Shown one piece after another: positions 51,153 to 63,787 of a stretch of DNA of 64,000 nucleotides. A program made the position numbers and the translations under genes. Position 1 is the stretch's first letter; every line of letters begins with the position of its first letter. This DNA comes from Lama glama. Lineage: Eukaryota. Below the pieces are notes generated by a model that searched no databases, was not told the origin of the DNA, and saw only the letters and a list, made by a program, of their open reading frames with translations. The DNA lies in assembly GCA_028534125.1 (NCBI GenBank), contig CM052816.1, positions 81,842,001 through 81,906,000 on the forward strand, read 5' to 3'.

Positions 51153-52179
51153 TACATCATTTTCACAAACAAGATATGTGTGTATTTCCTTATATCTCCT
51201 TCTTGCAACGTGAAGGGTGCCATACCACAGATACTCTATAGTTACTCTTCTGGACTTTGCTTCTTCCCTCCCACCCCACATCCTCTGCCTCCTTTTGGCT
51301 CAGCTGGGTTACATGTTTCAGCTTGGATGTGCATAGTACTCAGTTTTCACCACCTTTATGCATTTTAATTTTGTTGCCATATCTCAGAAGTTCCCAACCA
51401 TTTTTTATACATCCTTCCATCAAGCTTTTAGTTTTTTATTTCTTCTTGAAGGGTAAGATTCTCATCTTATTGTAGTATTTCTTTATTAAGAGTTTAATTT
51501 ATTGCTTGTTAATCTGCCAGTATTTCTTATTGGATTATGCTTTTTTTAAAAAAAATTCTTTTGTTATGGAATTGCATAGCCTTTGAGTGGCCTGCTCCAC
51601 ACTTTCCTCCATAAGCCTTGTTATTTTTAATGTGCAAGTTTGCAGAAGATAAGGCTTTTTCAAAAAATTGTTTAGTAGCAGAAATGCCTGTATCAATGGT
51701 TTCATCATTGCTTTTTGAGTCAAACACATTTCAAGAGGACATCATCTTCAATTCTATCTACATCTTCAAGAAAGTGCAATTTTGATTTTATAAATGATGC
51801 TGTTACAGCATGTTTTATTTTTAGCCAAGCACCCGTATACTGTTTGTTATCTACACGGCCACTTACCATATTCTTTTTCAAATGTCTTGTTGATAACGAG
51901 ACCTTGCAACTGTGAAGCCGTCCTTTAGGAATAATCAGTAAATGTGTACATTTATCTCTTAAAAAATCAACTCCACCCTATAGGCATCCAAATTATTTCA
52001 AACACATGTAATTAAGGAAATTCAAACCAAGATGCTACTGCTTGATAATCAGTGGGTAATGACTCAGCTTTTATGAATGGGAAGTCTTCACCAGGTGCTG
52101 AGAGAAGAACAGCTAAAATTGCTTCTCATCATTGGTGATAATGGTGCTAATATTACTGGAGATCAGTGCAGCGCTTTTA

Positions 52180-52460
52180 TTATTATTTTTTCTTTTAAAT
52201 TGAAGTATAGTCAGTTACAATATGTCAATTTCTGGTGTACAGCATAAGGTCCGAGTCATGCATATATATACATGTATTTGCTTTCATATTCTTTTTCATT
52301 AAAGGTTTTAAGAAAATATTCAATATAGTTCCCTGTGCTATGCAGAAAAATGTTTTTTAAATCTATTTCTATATATAGTTATCATTTGCAAATCTCAGAC
52401 TCTCAAATTTATCCCTTTCCACCTCTTTCCTCCTGTAACTATAAGACTATTTACTATGTC
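52180..52460 (-). mobile_element. Camelid-type L1 3' end with 17-bp TSD
   Basis: ttgaagtatagtcagttacaatatgtcaatttctggtgtacagcata..; TSD tcagtgcagcgctttta (52163-52179) / tcagtgcagagctttta (52461-52477). Confidence 0.88.
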
Positions 52461-52461
52461 T

Positions 52462-52630
52462 CAGTGCAGAGCTTTTAAATCTTACTGATCATATATACTA
52501 TTCAAGGAGCTTGCTGAAATGCAGATTTTGGTTCAGTAATCTGGGGAGGAACCAAAGATTCTGCATTTTTAACAAGCTCCCAGATGGTGCTGACGCTGCT
52601 GGTTTCCCCTCTTTGATGAGGAAGGTTGTA
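52462..52630. mobile_element. MER5A
   Basis: gagcttgctgaaatgcagatt..ttcagtaatctgggg..attctgcatttttaacaagctcccagatggtgctgacgctgctggt. Confidence 0.85.
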
Positions 52631-52639
52631 GATAGTAAG

Positions 52640-52836
52640 ACTCTGGACAGCATTCAGCAGAGCCTTCTGCAATAATGGAGGTGCTCTGTATCTGTGCTGT
52701 CCAGTACAGCAGCCACGGGTCACATGTGGCCATTGAGAGCTTGAATTGTGGCTGCTGAGATGGAGGAACTGAATTCTACATTTAAATGTAAATTTACATA
52801 GCCCCATGTGGCTAGTGGCTACTGTTTTGGACGGTG
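52640..52836. mobile_element. MER3 (hAT-Charlie)
   Basis: ttctgcaataatggagg..tatctgtgctgtccagtacagcagccac..cacatgtggcc...catgtggctagtggctactgttttggac. Confidence 0.85.
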
Positions 52837-52929
52837 AGTATCTTTTTAAAATAAACGTAAAATCATGCACTTGTACCTGTACAATTATGAAACATTGTTT
52901 TGGTTTTTAAAAATATTTAAATATTTTTA

Positions 52930-53058
52930 ACTTGTTTTTGTTGTTGTTGAGGGGAGGTAATTAGGTTTATTTATTTATTTTTAGAGGTACTGGGGATTGA
53001 GCCCAGGACCTCATGCACGCTGAGCGTGTGCTCTACCACTTGAGCTCTATCCTTCCCC
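52930..53058 (-). mobile_element. vic-1-like camelid tRNA(Ala)-derived SINE
   Basis: Minus strand GGGGAAGGATAGAGCTCAAGTGGTAGAGC..GAGGTCCTGGGCTCAATCCCCAGTACCTCT-AAAAATAAATAAATAAACCTAATTACCTCCCC plus A-rich tail. Pol III A/B boxes present; TSD aatattttta on both sides. Confidence 0.85.
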
Positions 53059-53059
53059 T

Positions 53060-54560
53060 AATATTTTTATAAATGGGATGCTATAGAATACAATATTTTA
53101 AGCCTTGCTTTTTATTCTTTTCACATCAGTAGATATTGATTTACATCATTCCTTTAAATGACTACATAATATTCCACAGTATGGATCTGCCATGGCTTAT
53201 TTAGCCGCTTATTACTGTATTGAGGGGTATTTAGGTTGTCTTTTTTCTTTTCTTTGCAACTATAAACTGTGGCTAAGAACATCTTTGTGCCTGCCACTAA
53301 AAATACATGTCCGATACATTTAGGGTAGATACTGAGAAATGGAACCACTGGGTCATTGAGAATGAATAATTCACATTTTCATAGCTATTGCCAAATTGCT
53401 TTGCAGAGAAGCGGAAATAATTTATTTCTGTCAGCTGAGTGGAAGAATACTGTTTCCTCACACTCTTGATTGGTGGTATCAACATTTTTTATTTTTTGCC
53501 AATTATATGGCAAAAAGTTACATCTTATTTTAATTTACATGTCTGTACGACTAGAAGGAATAACGCTGATTTTTATATTTACTGATCATTTGATTTCCCC
53601 CTGTAATCGTCTAAGCTATGCATATACTTGTAGCCTTACTTATGAATTCTTGAATTAGCTTGTAAAACTATATTATTAGGATATTTTGGGGATTACATTG
53701 TCTTTATGGAACAATCTGGAGAGAACTCGCACCATAAAATAATAAGACCATTAATATTCTTCATTTATTTATGTTTTCTTTTGTGCACTACAGTTTACTT
53801 TTTTCCTTGTGAAGATCTTGTATTTTTATTGTTACATTTATTCTTTGGTGTTTTATAACTCAGGTTTCTGTTGCAAATTCCTTTCCATTACATTTTCTAA
53901 CTATCTATTGCTGCTGAACAGGAAAACTACCAATTTGTGGACGACTACCTGCCATCTAACCACTTTGCTGTAGTCTGTTATTACCTGCCCGTTTTCATCA
54001 CGTTTGTTTTCACAGTCTATCATTTGGTAGACTTATGCTATCCTGGAGCCTCTACCTCTTTCCCCAGATCCCTAGAAATAACATAAAAGTTATAAGAATA
54101 AAATCCATAGCATGTAGACATCTCCTGGAGATTGTGCACATACAAACACTCATACTCCCCCTCCATCATTTACACAATATGACCGTATACTGTATACACT
54201 GCTAACCACTTTACACTTTCTGCTACCTCCTGGTAAGAATATTCAACATCAGCACATGGAGAGAATTCCCCTCTAAGGTGCCACTGTATGGATGTACAGC
54301 AATTTACCTCTACACCATCTTCTACTATTACAATGAAAATCCTTGTATGAAAGGCTTTGTACCAGTATCTGCAGGACTGATTCCTAGCAGTGAAGTTCCT
54401 AAACCTGGATCAAGCAGTATATACATCTTCAATACTGCTAGCTACCATCCAATTGCCCTTCACAGAGGCTGCATCAATACACATCCTTGACAACAGTACC
54501 TCAGCATGCTGTTCCCCCACACCTTCAGCAACACACCAGATGCTGTGTGCAATTGCTTGA
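53060..54560 (-). mobile_element. Old L1ME-like fragments
   Basis: tttaaatgactacataatattccacagtatgga...ttgccaaattgctttgcagag..; tcctagcagtgaagtt..ccaattgcccttcacagaggctg. Confidence 0.65.
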
Positions 54561-54569
54561 AAGGAATCT

Positions 54570-55720
54570 CACAGAATTGGTACCTTAATTCTTGCTGTAG
54601 CACATGCTGTTGATGTCCCAGCCACTAACTGTACCTGCAGCCATAAATAACAGCTCCTGCACATCCTGACAGCATCCCATTTGTGTGTGGATCTGTTTCT
54701 CTTCCTGAGTCATTCTGAGGTGCCATGGAACTCGCTCTCCCCATGCAAGGGTGGGCTTCACACGGTGGCTGGGAAGTAATAGCATCGTAGGCTCTCGGAG
54801 GCACCCCTCAACCAAGAAAGAACGGGAACCAGAGGATAAAGGTGCAAACTTCTCCATCGGTCAGCGGGCAGTTCTTGCCTGTTCCTCAGAGTGGAATTCA
54901 GCTCTTGTTGACCACAGCAGCAATCTTCTCCTTGATACATCCTTTACTGACTCTTCCACCTTCCCTGTCTCACTTTCCCCACTCCCTCTTTTCCTGATAT
55001 GACCTCCCCAATAAACTACATGCCCCCGGGTCTCTGCCTCAAGGTCTGCCTTTGGGGGAACTGAAACTAAAGTAGATGGTACCAGAGATGGCCATGGAAA
55101 GTTGACCCTCAAGAATGGGACTGGAGAAAGTTTCTTCTGTATAGTTCAGGAAACTGTGTTCAATATCTTGTAATAACCTTTAATGGAAAAAAATATGAAA
55201 ACGAATATATGTATGTGTACGCATGACTGGGACATTGTGCTGTATGCCAGAAATTGACACATTGTAATGGACTGTACTTCAATTAAAGAAAAAAAAGAAT
55301 GGGACTGGAGAATGTGCTCACTCTCTGGTCAAGGGGCAATGAGAACCCCACTGCTGGTCTAAGTGGCTGCAGGGCTAACCCACGGCATCCTGCAGCAGCA
55401 CGTTCACCTCTGATTGTTTCGAATGAGGTACAGGTGGAAGGCCCAGGCTAGGGAACACAGCTACACAGTTCCTGAGAGATGTAGGGCAATGATATTTATA
55501 AATGGCTCGTAGAGTGGCTGGCTTTTGTTAACTCTCCTGGAAGCCTTGAAGGAGAATGGCACACCAGGTCAGCCCACTATGAACTCAGGGAGCGTTATGA
55601 AAGCCAGAAGGCTTGCGTGGCTGACTTAAGACTCTCACCTCTTGCAGCAGGAGGGTGGACCATGTTGAATGCTAGCCTCAGAATACAAAAATGTCACAGC
55701 TACAATGGATACTGAATGCA
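54570..55720 (+). mobile_element. LTR16-like LTR plus start of ERVL internal sequence
   Basis: LTR end cctccccaataaactacatgc..ctcaaggtctgcctttgggggaactgaaactaa (~55072), followed directly by internal-type tggtaccagagatggcc..gaccctcaagaatggg. Confidence 0.7.
55129..55294 (+). mobile_element. Camelid-type L1 3' end with perfect 18-bp TSD
   Basis: TSD aagaatgggactggagaa at 55111-55128 and 55295-55312; body gcatgactgggacattgtgctgtatgccagaaattgacacattg plus A tail. Confidence 0.92.
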
Positions 55721-55859
55721 AGCCAAAGCCGGTGCTCCATGTTAATGTTAGGGTCCTGAAAGGGAAGGAATAGAATTGTGAAACCTTGGATAGCTGTATC
55801 TGGGTGGATGCACAACACAACCTGAACCCCTTATTTCCTTGAGTCTTATAGGTAGGCAT

Positions 55860-57000
55860 GCTTGTTTATAAAAAGGCTTTCCCATTTCTCCTGTGTTTTC
55901 TAATAGTTTCCTTCCTTTCTTCTCATTCAAATTTGATTTCACTGTAATTAATTTTGTTGTCAGGAGTGAATTGGGAATTCAACTTTATTTTTTTTTTGAG
56001 ACAGCTAATTCTGCAGCATCATTTATTGAATAATTCATCTTTTCTCATTGATATAAAATGTCACCCTGATGATATAGTAAATTCCAGTCTGTATTTGGGT
56101 CTCAGGGGAGAGAATGCACGGTATTCAGCAAACCTGTTTCCTGTTCTTTCCGGGCACACAACAGGGTAAGCTGCAGCAGCTTCAGTCGCAGTTAGGAAGT
56201 GTTGGGTCTGGCTCGTAAAAGCCTCCCACACGTGACCTCCATGCTCTTTGCCTGCTGCTAGGTGGAACGGAGAGGTCCTCCAGAAACACTTGGGAAGCCC
56301 TGTGCTGAAGGTGGCAAAGCTGAAGATGCAAGGAACGTTGGTCTCAGAATCCCTTCCTGGAGGAGAGCCTGCCAAGCAGGAGCACCAGTTTTGGACTTTC
56401 TGAAAATGAGAAATAATCTTTGATTTTGTATGAGACATTTATCACTTTCTTTCCTTAAAACCAGATATTGTTACTTTAATACATGTCTACTTATGGGCTC
56501 TATTTCATTCCATTCCTCTGTCTGCCTGCGCACATGCCAGTAAAGCACTGTTTTGATTAATATAACTTTATAATGTATTTTGGTGCATAGTAGGGTTAAT
56601 CCTTTCATTAGTTTTTATTTTATAATTTTTTCCTGGTTTCCCTCATTTTTCCATATGAACTTTAGAACCAGAATCCCTAGTTAAAATAAAATCTCCTTGG
56701 TATGTTTATTGGAATTGCATTACATGTAGTGTTTGATATGGGAACATTGATATCTTTATAATGTTGAATTCTTATATAAGCACATATCTCTCCATAGGTA
56801 TTCATGTCTTCATTTATATTCTTCAGTACCTTCATAAAGTTTTCTTTGTATAGGTGGTAATTTTTCACGTAGTTTATTTGTAGATATCTTTTTTGGGTGA
56901 GGTTATGCTATAATAAATAAGATCTTTTCTTCCATTATATTTTATAATTGGTTGCTGCTTATATAGGAAGTCTACTAAGGTGCTATGTGTCTGCCTTAGC
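55860..57000 (-). mobile_element. L1ME-like fragment interrupted by an MLT1-like LTR (~56100-56440)
   Basis: cagcatcatttattgaataattcatcttttctcattga ... ttccatatgaactttagaa..ttattggaattgcatt; internal ggaacgttggtctcagaat..ttttggactttctgaaaatgagaaataatcttt. Confidence 0.65.
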
Positions 57001-59339
57001 ATGATGTCAAATACAAATAAAACACCACTCTGCCGTCCCAGAAAAGCACTTAAAAGCAAAATAAACCTTAAAAATTTTGTAAATGTCTATACTACAGAAC
57101 AGAAAAACAGACTGTAGAAAGAGAAGAGCACATGTTGTGTGTTTAGTCAGAATGGTCAGAGAATGTCTTCCTTTCAGATTGGAATCCTGAAGAGCTACCT
57201 GCATTTATAAACTTCCCGTACTATGTAGCAAGTAAGCATTAGTCATGCTGGGGTTTGAGGAAGTCTGATAACACCACTGTTCTCCACTCAGTTTTTAAAC
57301 TTAGAAATAGGCACAGACATTCAGGCAGATGGAGATAAAAGTGTCATCATCACTGATAAAATTGATATTAGAGAACATGGCTTAAACCCATGGCAACAAC
57401 TGGCCTCCTACATTGCACCCCAGAGACAGAGAGAGACTTTGCTACCCACTGGCACCACTGGACAACTGCGCTGGTTCTTACAAACTTCTGGCATGGAAGG
57501 ACAGAGCAGAACATACTTCTGTAAGTAGAGGGCATCCTATAATTCCCTTCGCTCACTCTTCCTCACCTGGGAAGGAGTGAGTAAAAGGGTGGAGCAAGGC
57601 TGGGACTGTAATGACGGAGACCCCATACAGAAAGAAAATCAGAAATGAGGAATAGTGTGACCGCTCCAAAAGTCAGCAAAGCTATATTCTTTTTAGGGAC
57701 CAAAAGTTCACATCCGTAGTTTTTGGATGGCAGTGTCAAACGTTAGATCTGAATTTTAGGCAGGAAAATCAAACTATATGTATTTTTATGTCATGTTGAC
57801 AAAGTTTTGTGGAATATAGCTCTTATCAGATTTTATCCATAAGAGAACAGATCACAAAAATGCTGGAAAGCTGACATGATTGCCTTTCTTTTGTTTATAA
57901 CAAAGTTATTCTGTGGACACAGTCATTAGATTACAGGTATGACCTTCCAGCTCTTTTGGGCTCATGTATTTAAAACACCCAATCCTTGGTAAATGTTTGT
58001 TCTTATATTAATATCTGTATCTGCTCAATTTGCTCTCAAAGACAGCATGCTCATAAGAGGAGCCATAATATAAGGCACATGACTAGGGTTATTACTGTCA
58101 AGACTCCAGGGACCGCTGAAATTTTCTGTAGTCAATTCATTATGCACTTTTTGAGGCCTTGTGATACGGCAGTGACGATGCCAGAGGCTGGGGCTACACC
58201 GACGTCCGGTGGTGCAGTCCAGGGGCTCCTGGTCCACCTGTGGGTAGATGGACACGGCTGACCAACGCGCCATGCGGCAGCTCAGTGCTTGGTCCTCTAG
58301 GAACACGCGGAGGGCCTCGGACCACGTCTAAAACAAGGACTCTGACGGCTTACGTTGCCCAAGTTCACAAAACTTACAACCCGCAGAGGTAGAGTTTGAA
58401 CTTGGGACTGACTTCAAAGCCACCAATACCTCAGGTGCCACTTTGTGATGCTGGGGCCCCTTATTACCTGTGCTGCGGAGGGTGGGCGGTGCTGTCGTGC
58501 GGGTCCCACTGTGGCTTCCGTCCCAAGAGCTGGCATTCCAGCCTGGCTCCAGCTCCGTCTCGCTCTTCCTGGGCGATCGGGGTGGTGTCGGAGGGGCTGC
58601 CACACAGCCTCGTTAGGCCAGGTGGACAGCGGCGCCCCCTTTCCTCCGAGGGCTTTCCTGGTCCCTCCACAAGCGGAGGCGGCCCTGTGGTGCGGCGGAG
58701 GCAGAGATGCAGGGAGTGCTGTGAAGGGTCTGGAAAGGAGTCAGTAGGTTGGAGACACTCACTCTGCCCCCATCTCCCCGTCATGCTCTGGCTGATTCAT
58801 GAGGGATTTCTTTGCTTGAGGTCATCTACAAATAAATTAGCAATGTCAAAAATGGAAAGGAGAACCCTAGATTTTCTAAGGTAATTTGTAAGTCCAGGGG
58901 AAACAACTTCCAAACATTGCTTACATCACAGGTTTAGCCTCACAAATTCTAGCTTTATCCACCAGCAGGCAGGAGGGGACGTGGAAGGAGTTAAAAAAGC
59001 TGCTTTGATAAAAAGGAGGCTTTAACTTCCCTGACCCCTGACTGCATGAGTACAAGTTTTAAAACTGTGACTAAATGGATGCTCACACCAACTGCAAGTC
59101 GAGTTTCAAATTATGAGTACCTCCACTTAAAGACCCGTGACTTCTTTCCTTATGGGCAAGGACCTGACTTCTTTGAATAAAGAAAGTGAAATTGCACTAT
59201 TCATGGAAGTACGGTGGAAGCTTACGTGGGGTTTAGGAAGATCAGTACTTGGGCGAGGCCTGGCAAGAGCAGCTGAGACCTGGAATGGCCATCACAGGAG
59301 ATTCTAAGCAGGGCTGAGTTTGGAAATAACAGCCAATGT

Positions 59340-59490
59340 TTACCAGATGGCTCTTGTGCTAAGGGCTTGACATGCATTGATGTGTTAAGTTCTCTCATTA
59401 TAAAGGGGAAGCTGAGGCTCGGGTCAGGCAGCTGGAACTCGGAGAGGGGGCACTGGAGCCAGGCAGCACCCCTCAGCACTCTGCTCTGTT
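59340..59490 (-). mobile_element. MIR SINE
   Basis: tgtgctaagggcttgacatgcatt...ggggaagctgaggctc. Confidence 0.6.
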
Positions 59491-60905
59491 ACACCTCGTC
59501 TTGACTCTGGCACAATTCACATCACCTACGGTGCCAAGGCTTCCCAGCAGTGCTGATGGCTGATCGATCGTTTTAGACATCTGCTTGCTGCTGAAGAGTG
59601 TTTTGAAGTTAGAGACTTGGCAGGAAAGCTGGAGCTGGAGGTTGGCAGACTATCCAAGAAAAGTCTTCAAAGGAAGTGACACCATACAGCCTCGGGCTTG
59701 CCTCAGCCTCTGAAATGGGCCCCTGCTTCCGAATCACAGGAACCAAACTCAAAGACACTAATGCACAGAATGCCAACTTACTAACTTGCAATAATGGTAA
59801 GATACACCCTTTCCATGAGTGACCAGAATGCTCATTGTTCAGAGAACTCTCTCCTGAGAATCAGGATTCACAGAAACCTCCTTAGTGTCACGATTACTTC
59901 GTTTGTGGACCTCAGATGAGAATAAAGGAAAAGGATGGCATTGACGTTTGGAATTCCAGGAGGGCCACAAGGGCTACAAAACCACGGAGGCAGTTCAGGA
60001 CCAGTTAGTTCGGAAACAAGTACTTCAAAAGAGTGCTGCAACTCAGGACTGGCCAGGCCAGGACGTCCAGTCCAACAGGGGGCATTTACACAGACGGCCC
60101 TCATGTATCCTGAGCATTTCTGAAAGATGTCCAACAAAAACTCCCCGCGTTTCATGAAAGTGCTTTCTCTCAAGATGCATGAGATAATCTTGTACTAAGA
60201 GACATACTGTGACTGTTGGCAGTACGGTGGATATACTGATAGCAATCTGGCACCACTACTGCTAAAGTAAAATAAAGATGTGGAGAGAACATCACAGAAA
60301 GAGTGAAGGACTTTGACTAAGAGCTCCTTGAGAATCTGGAACGCTTAGAGATAGATGTCTACAGAAAATACTTCCAGAGATTTAAAAAAAAAATTCCCTC
60401 TAGATACTGGGAAATATATACTTGTTAATTATCAAAATTAGGGCCTAATCTTATGTTTAGGTCACATTTTTCAAAAAGCTGCTCAAAATCCCATTCCAAA
60501 TATCAGTGATATCTGTATATAATCCAAAGCGTTGTACTGTGGTATTCCTCACTGGTACTCAGAACACAAATGAAGGATGTCTTAAACTGAGTATCCTCCT
60601 ATTTGAAATGTGCAGAGACATAATTTACTAAGTTGGTTCTAGTCAACAAGTAGGGATTGAATTTTATTCTTCAAAGAGAATTACAGCATGAGAACTAAAC
60701 AATCTGAATCCTAAAGAGGAAACTGGTGCCCTTTTACTCAACCTCAGTTAAAACGGTGATGAATCTCATCAGAGCTCATGGGAATTGTGATAAGTGACTA
60801 CTAAACCAGACTTACAAGATCCATGCTATGAACACGCCAAGATCATGTAGAATTAATTAGTGCTACAGTTTGGTTTTAAATCTTTAAAACCTCAAAACAC
60901 ATCTT

Positions 60906-60915
60906 TTTATTTATT
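60906..60915 (-). terminator. Polyadenylation signal (AATAAATAAA) of C5orf22
   Basis: Plus strand tttatttatt gives two overlapping AATAAA on the minus strand. Confidence 0.75.
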
Positions 60916-61194
60916 TTAGCACACAAAATAATTTACTCATAAAAGTAACACCATTTACAGAAGCCTAATAAAATTTTTTCAAAATTCAAAAATAAACAAT
61001 AGCACTATTTGCAATTCTGATTTTACAGGGACATAAAAGCTTTTTGGCACATAATGTTTCATCAAAACGGAAGGCTCAATCAGTTTGCTTTGCTTTTCAC
61101 AACAGAAATAAGCATATACACTATGGGCCTTGGGAAACCAACTTAGTGACAAGAATAGTTTGTTGGAAAATAGAATCATTGGAGAAAGGGGATC

Positions 61195-61213
61195 TGGTGC
61201 CATCTACTGAGTG
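61195..61213 (-). promoter_or_regulatory. Candidate CTCF motif in C5orf22 3'UTR
   Basis: Minus strand CACTCAGTAGATGGCACCA matches CCASYAGRKGGCRS at 13/14. Confidence 0.55.
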
Positions 61214-62049
61214 GCAATGGTAATGTGACCTGGAGTATTAGCCAAGTTAGGAAACACACTAATTTTAGCCACATGCAACTCAATAGGTACACATGTGGTC
61301 AGGCCTGAAAAGTCACATGTAAAAAAATGAAAAAGACTGCTGTGTTAGGAATGAGGATTGATGTTTTTTTTTCTTTAAATGCGATCCTTCCTTTTAAAGG
61401 AAAAGAAACCAAGTAGATAGTTAAACAAGATTACTGAACACAACGGATACTGAAGAGGGGGAGCCTTTGGCAAACAGTAAGTAAATGGAAAGGTCCACAA
61501 TGAGGAGTGGCTCAGGCAGGGTCTCTTACTCATGGAGAGGCCAGTGGAAGGCAGTTATGTCCTTGGGTATTTACGGTGGATCAGAACTAAGGATTTACCT
61601 TTTTTCCTACTCCTTCCATAGAAAGCTAGTTTATTTGAAAAAAAACCTCATCAACCCAGACTGCCAATAAGGTGGAACCATCCATAACGATGACTGAAGC
61701 CCATACTGACCATCTGGAGGCACAAAAAGACCGTAAGGGGTTTTTTTGATTAGCAAAGAAAAGTGACTTTTTGTTTGGTTGAATTTACTCAAATAGACCT
61801 CAACACCAACAATGCTGAGAGCACTCCCCAAGAGCTGGGCCACAATCCCAGAAGTCTCAGAAAGGCAGACTTCCTGCCACACTTTCATGGACTGGCAGGT
61901 TTGTTTTTTGTTTTCTTTTTGGTAGTAGCTTTTGGGAATGTTACTTTCCTATAAGGCCAGGTGGCCCTGATACTAAGAGCATGACTTAGTATTTCCCCCT
62001 CCCCTCGTTAACACTTCTCACAATCCATACTTTGTTCTCAGCTGTCCCC

Positions 62050-62165
62050 CGAGAGGGCAGGGGCTTGTCTACTCCATCTCAATCATATACCCAGCGCTTA
62101 GTTATGTCTGGCACATGTATGTGCTCAATAAATGTCAGCTGGCTGAGTGAGTGAATAAATGAACA
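62050..62165 (+). mobile_element. L2 3' end inside C5orf22 3'UTR (antisense to gene)
   Basis: gagagggcagggg..cccagcgcttag..tgtctggcacatgtatgtgctcaataaatgtcagctggctgagtgagtgaataaatgaa. Confidence 0.8.
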
Positions 62166-62481
62166 AATCTCATACAGTCTAACCAACCTAGATGGAAGAG
62201 GGGAAAAGAGGAAAGAAAAACCCTCACATAAGTGAAGGCAACAGTGACGGAAAGGAAGAAAGGTGAGCAACAGTTCCATCAACTGTGGGCAGACTTGATG
62301 CCAAAAAAAATTGCTCTCATTCAACAACTCATGAAATCAGTTTGGAGATTCAAAATACCTGAAAGATTCTAACTGAAAGTTAATACACAAAGTGTTCTCT
62401 GGAAGACTCATTTGCAAGTAAGTTAATGAAAACCCTGTTACTGCATCAAGATGTAGTAAGGAGCCTAGTGTTTTTTCTGTT

Positions 62482-62972
<491 letters not shown>

Positions 62973-63287
62973 TGACTGTTGTTTCCCTGAAAGGAGACGC
63001 TGCTTGGGAATAAATGGGGCTAATTATCTTAGTGACAGGACATCTTTCACATTCTTTTGTTACATGTACACTCAGGCTAGAAATCACAAGGGTAGAGGCT
63101 TTCTAACTGATTAAAGGGTTCTGCTTCTAAAAAACAATTTGTGAACTGCACCACTGCACAAGACCATCCACAGTGAAGTGTGTGGATGTGCTAGTGTTGG
63201 GGTTAGCTTCCTAGGTAGCATTAAGGAGAAAAGAGCAAAGTGGGGTGGGGCAGGAATCTGCATTTTGGGTCTTTCTGGAATCACCAA

Positions 63288-63787
63288 NNNNNNNNNNNNN
63301 NNNNNNNNNNNNNNNNNNNNNNNNNNNNNNNNNNNNNNNNNNNNNNNNNNNNNNNNNNNNNNNNNNNNNNNNNNNNNNNNNNNNNNNNNNNNNNNNNNNN
63401 NNNNNNNNNNNNNNNNNNNNNNNNNNNNNNNNNNNNNNNNNNNNNNNNNNNNNNNNNNNNNNNNNNNNNNNNNNNNNNNNNNNNNNNNNNNNNNNNNNNN
63501 NNNNNNNNNNNNNNNNNNNNNNNNNNNNNNNNNNNNNNNNNNNNNNNNNNNNNNNNNNNNNNNNNNNNNNNNNNNNNNNNNNNNNNNNNNNNNNNNNNNN
63601 NNNNNNNNNNNNNNNNNNNNNNNNNNNNNNNNNNNNNNNNNNNNNNNNNNNNNNNNNNNNNNNNNNNNNNNNNNNNNNNNNNNNNNNNNNNNNNNNNNNN
63701 NNNNNNNNNNNNNNNNNNNNNNNNNNNNNNNNNNNNNNNNNNNNNNNNNNNNNNNNNNNNNNNNNNNNNNNNNNNNNNNNNNNNNNN
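63288..63787. other. Assembly gap (500 N)
   Basis: Run of N overlapping a C5orf22 exon. Confidence 1.

Larger units (their letters stand above)
60885..62481 (-). other. C5orf22: C5orf22 3'UTR (~1.6 kb)
   Basis: AT-rich sequence after the stop, ending in overlapping AATAAA hexamers followed by GT-rich sequence (gatgtgttttgaggtttt). The exact cleavage site is inferred. Confidence 0.75.

Noticed and set aside
52985..53058. tRNA-Ala-like sequence
   Set aside because: It is the head of a SINE with A-rich tail and TSD; the stems and B box are degenerate.
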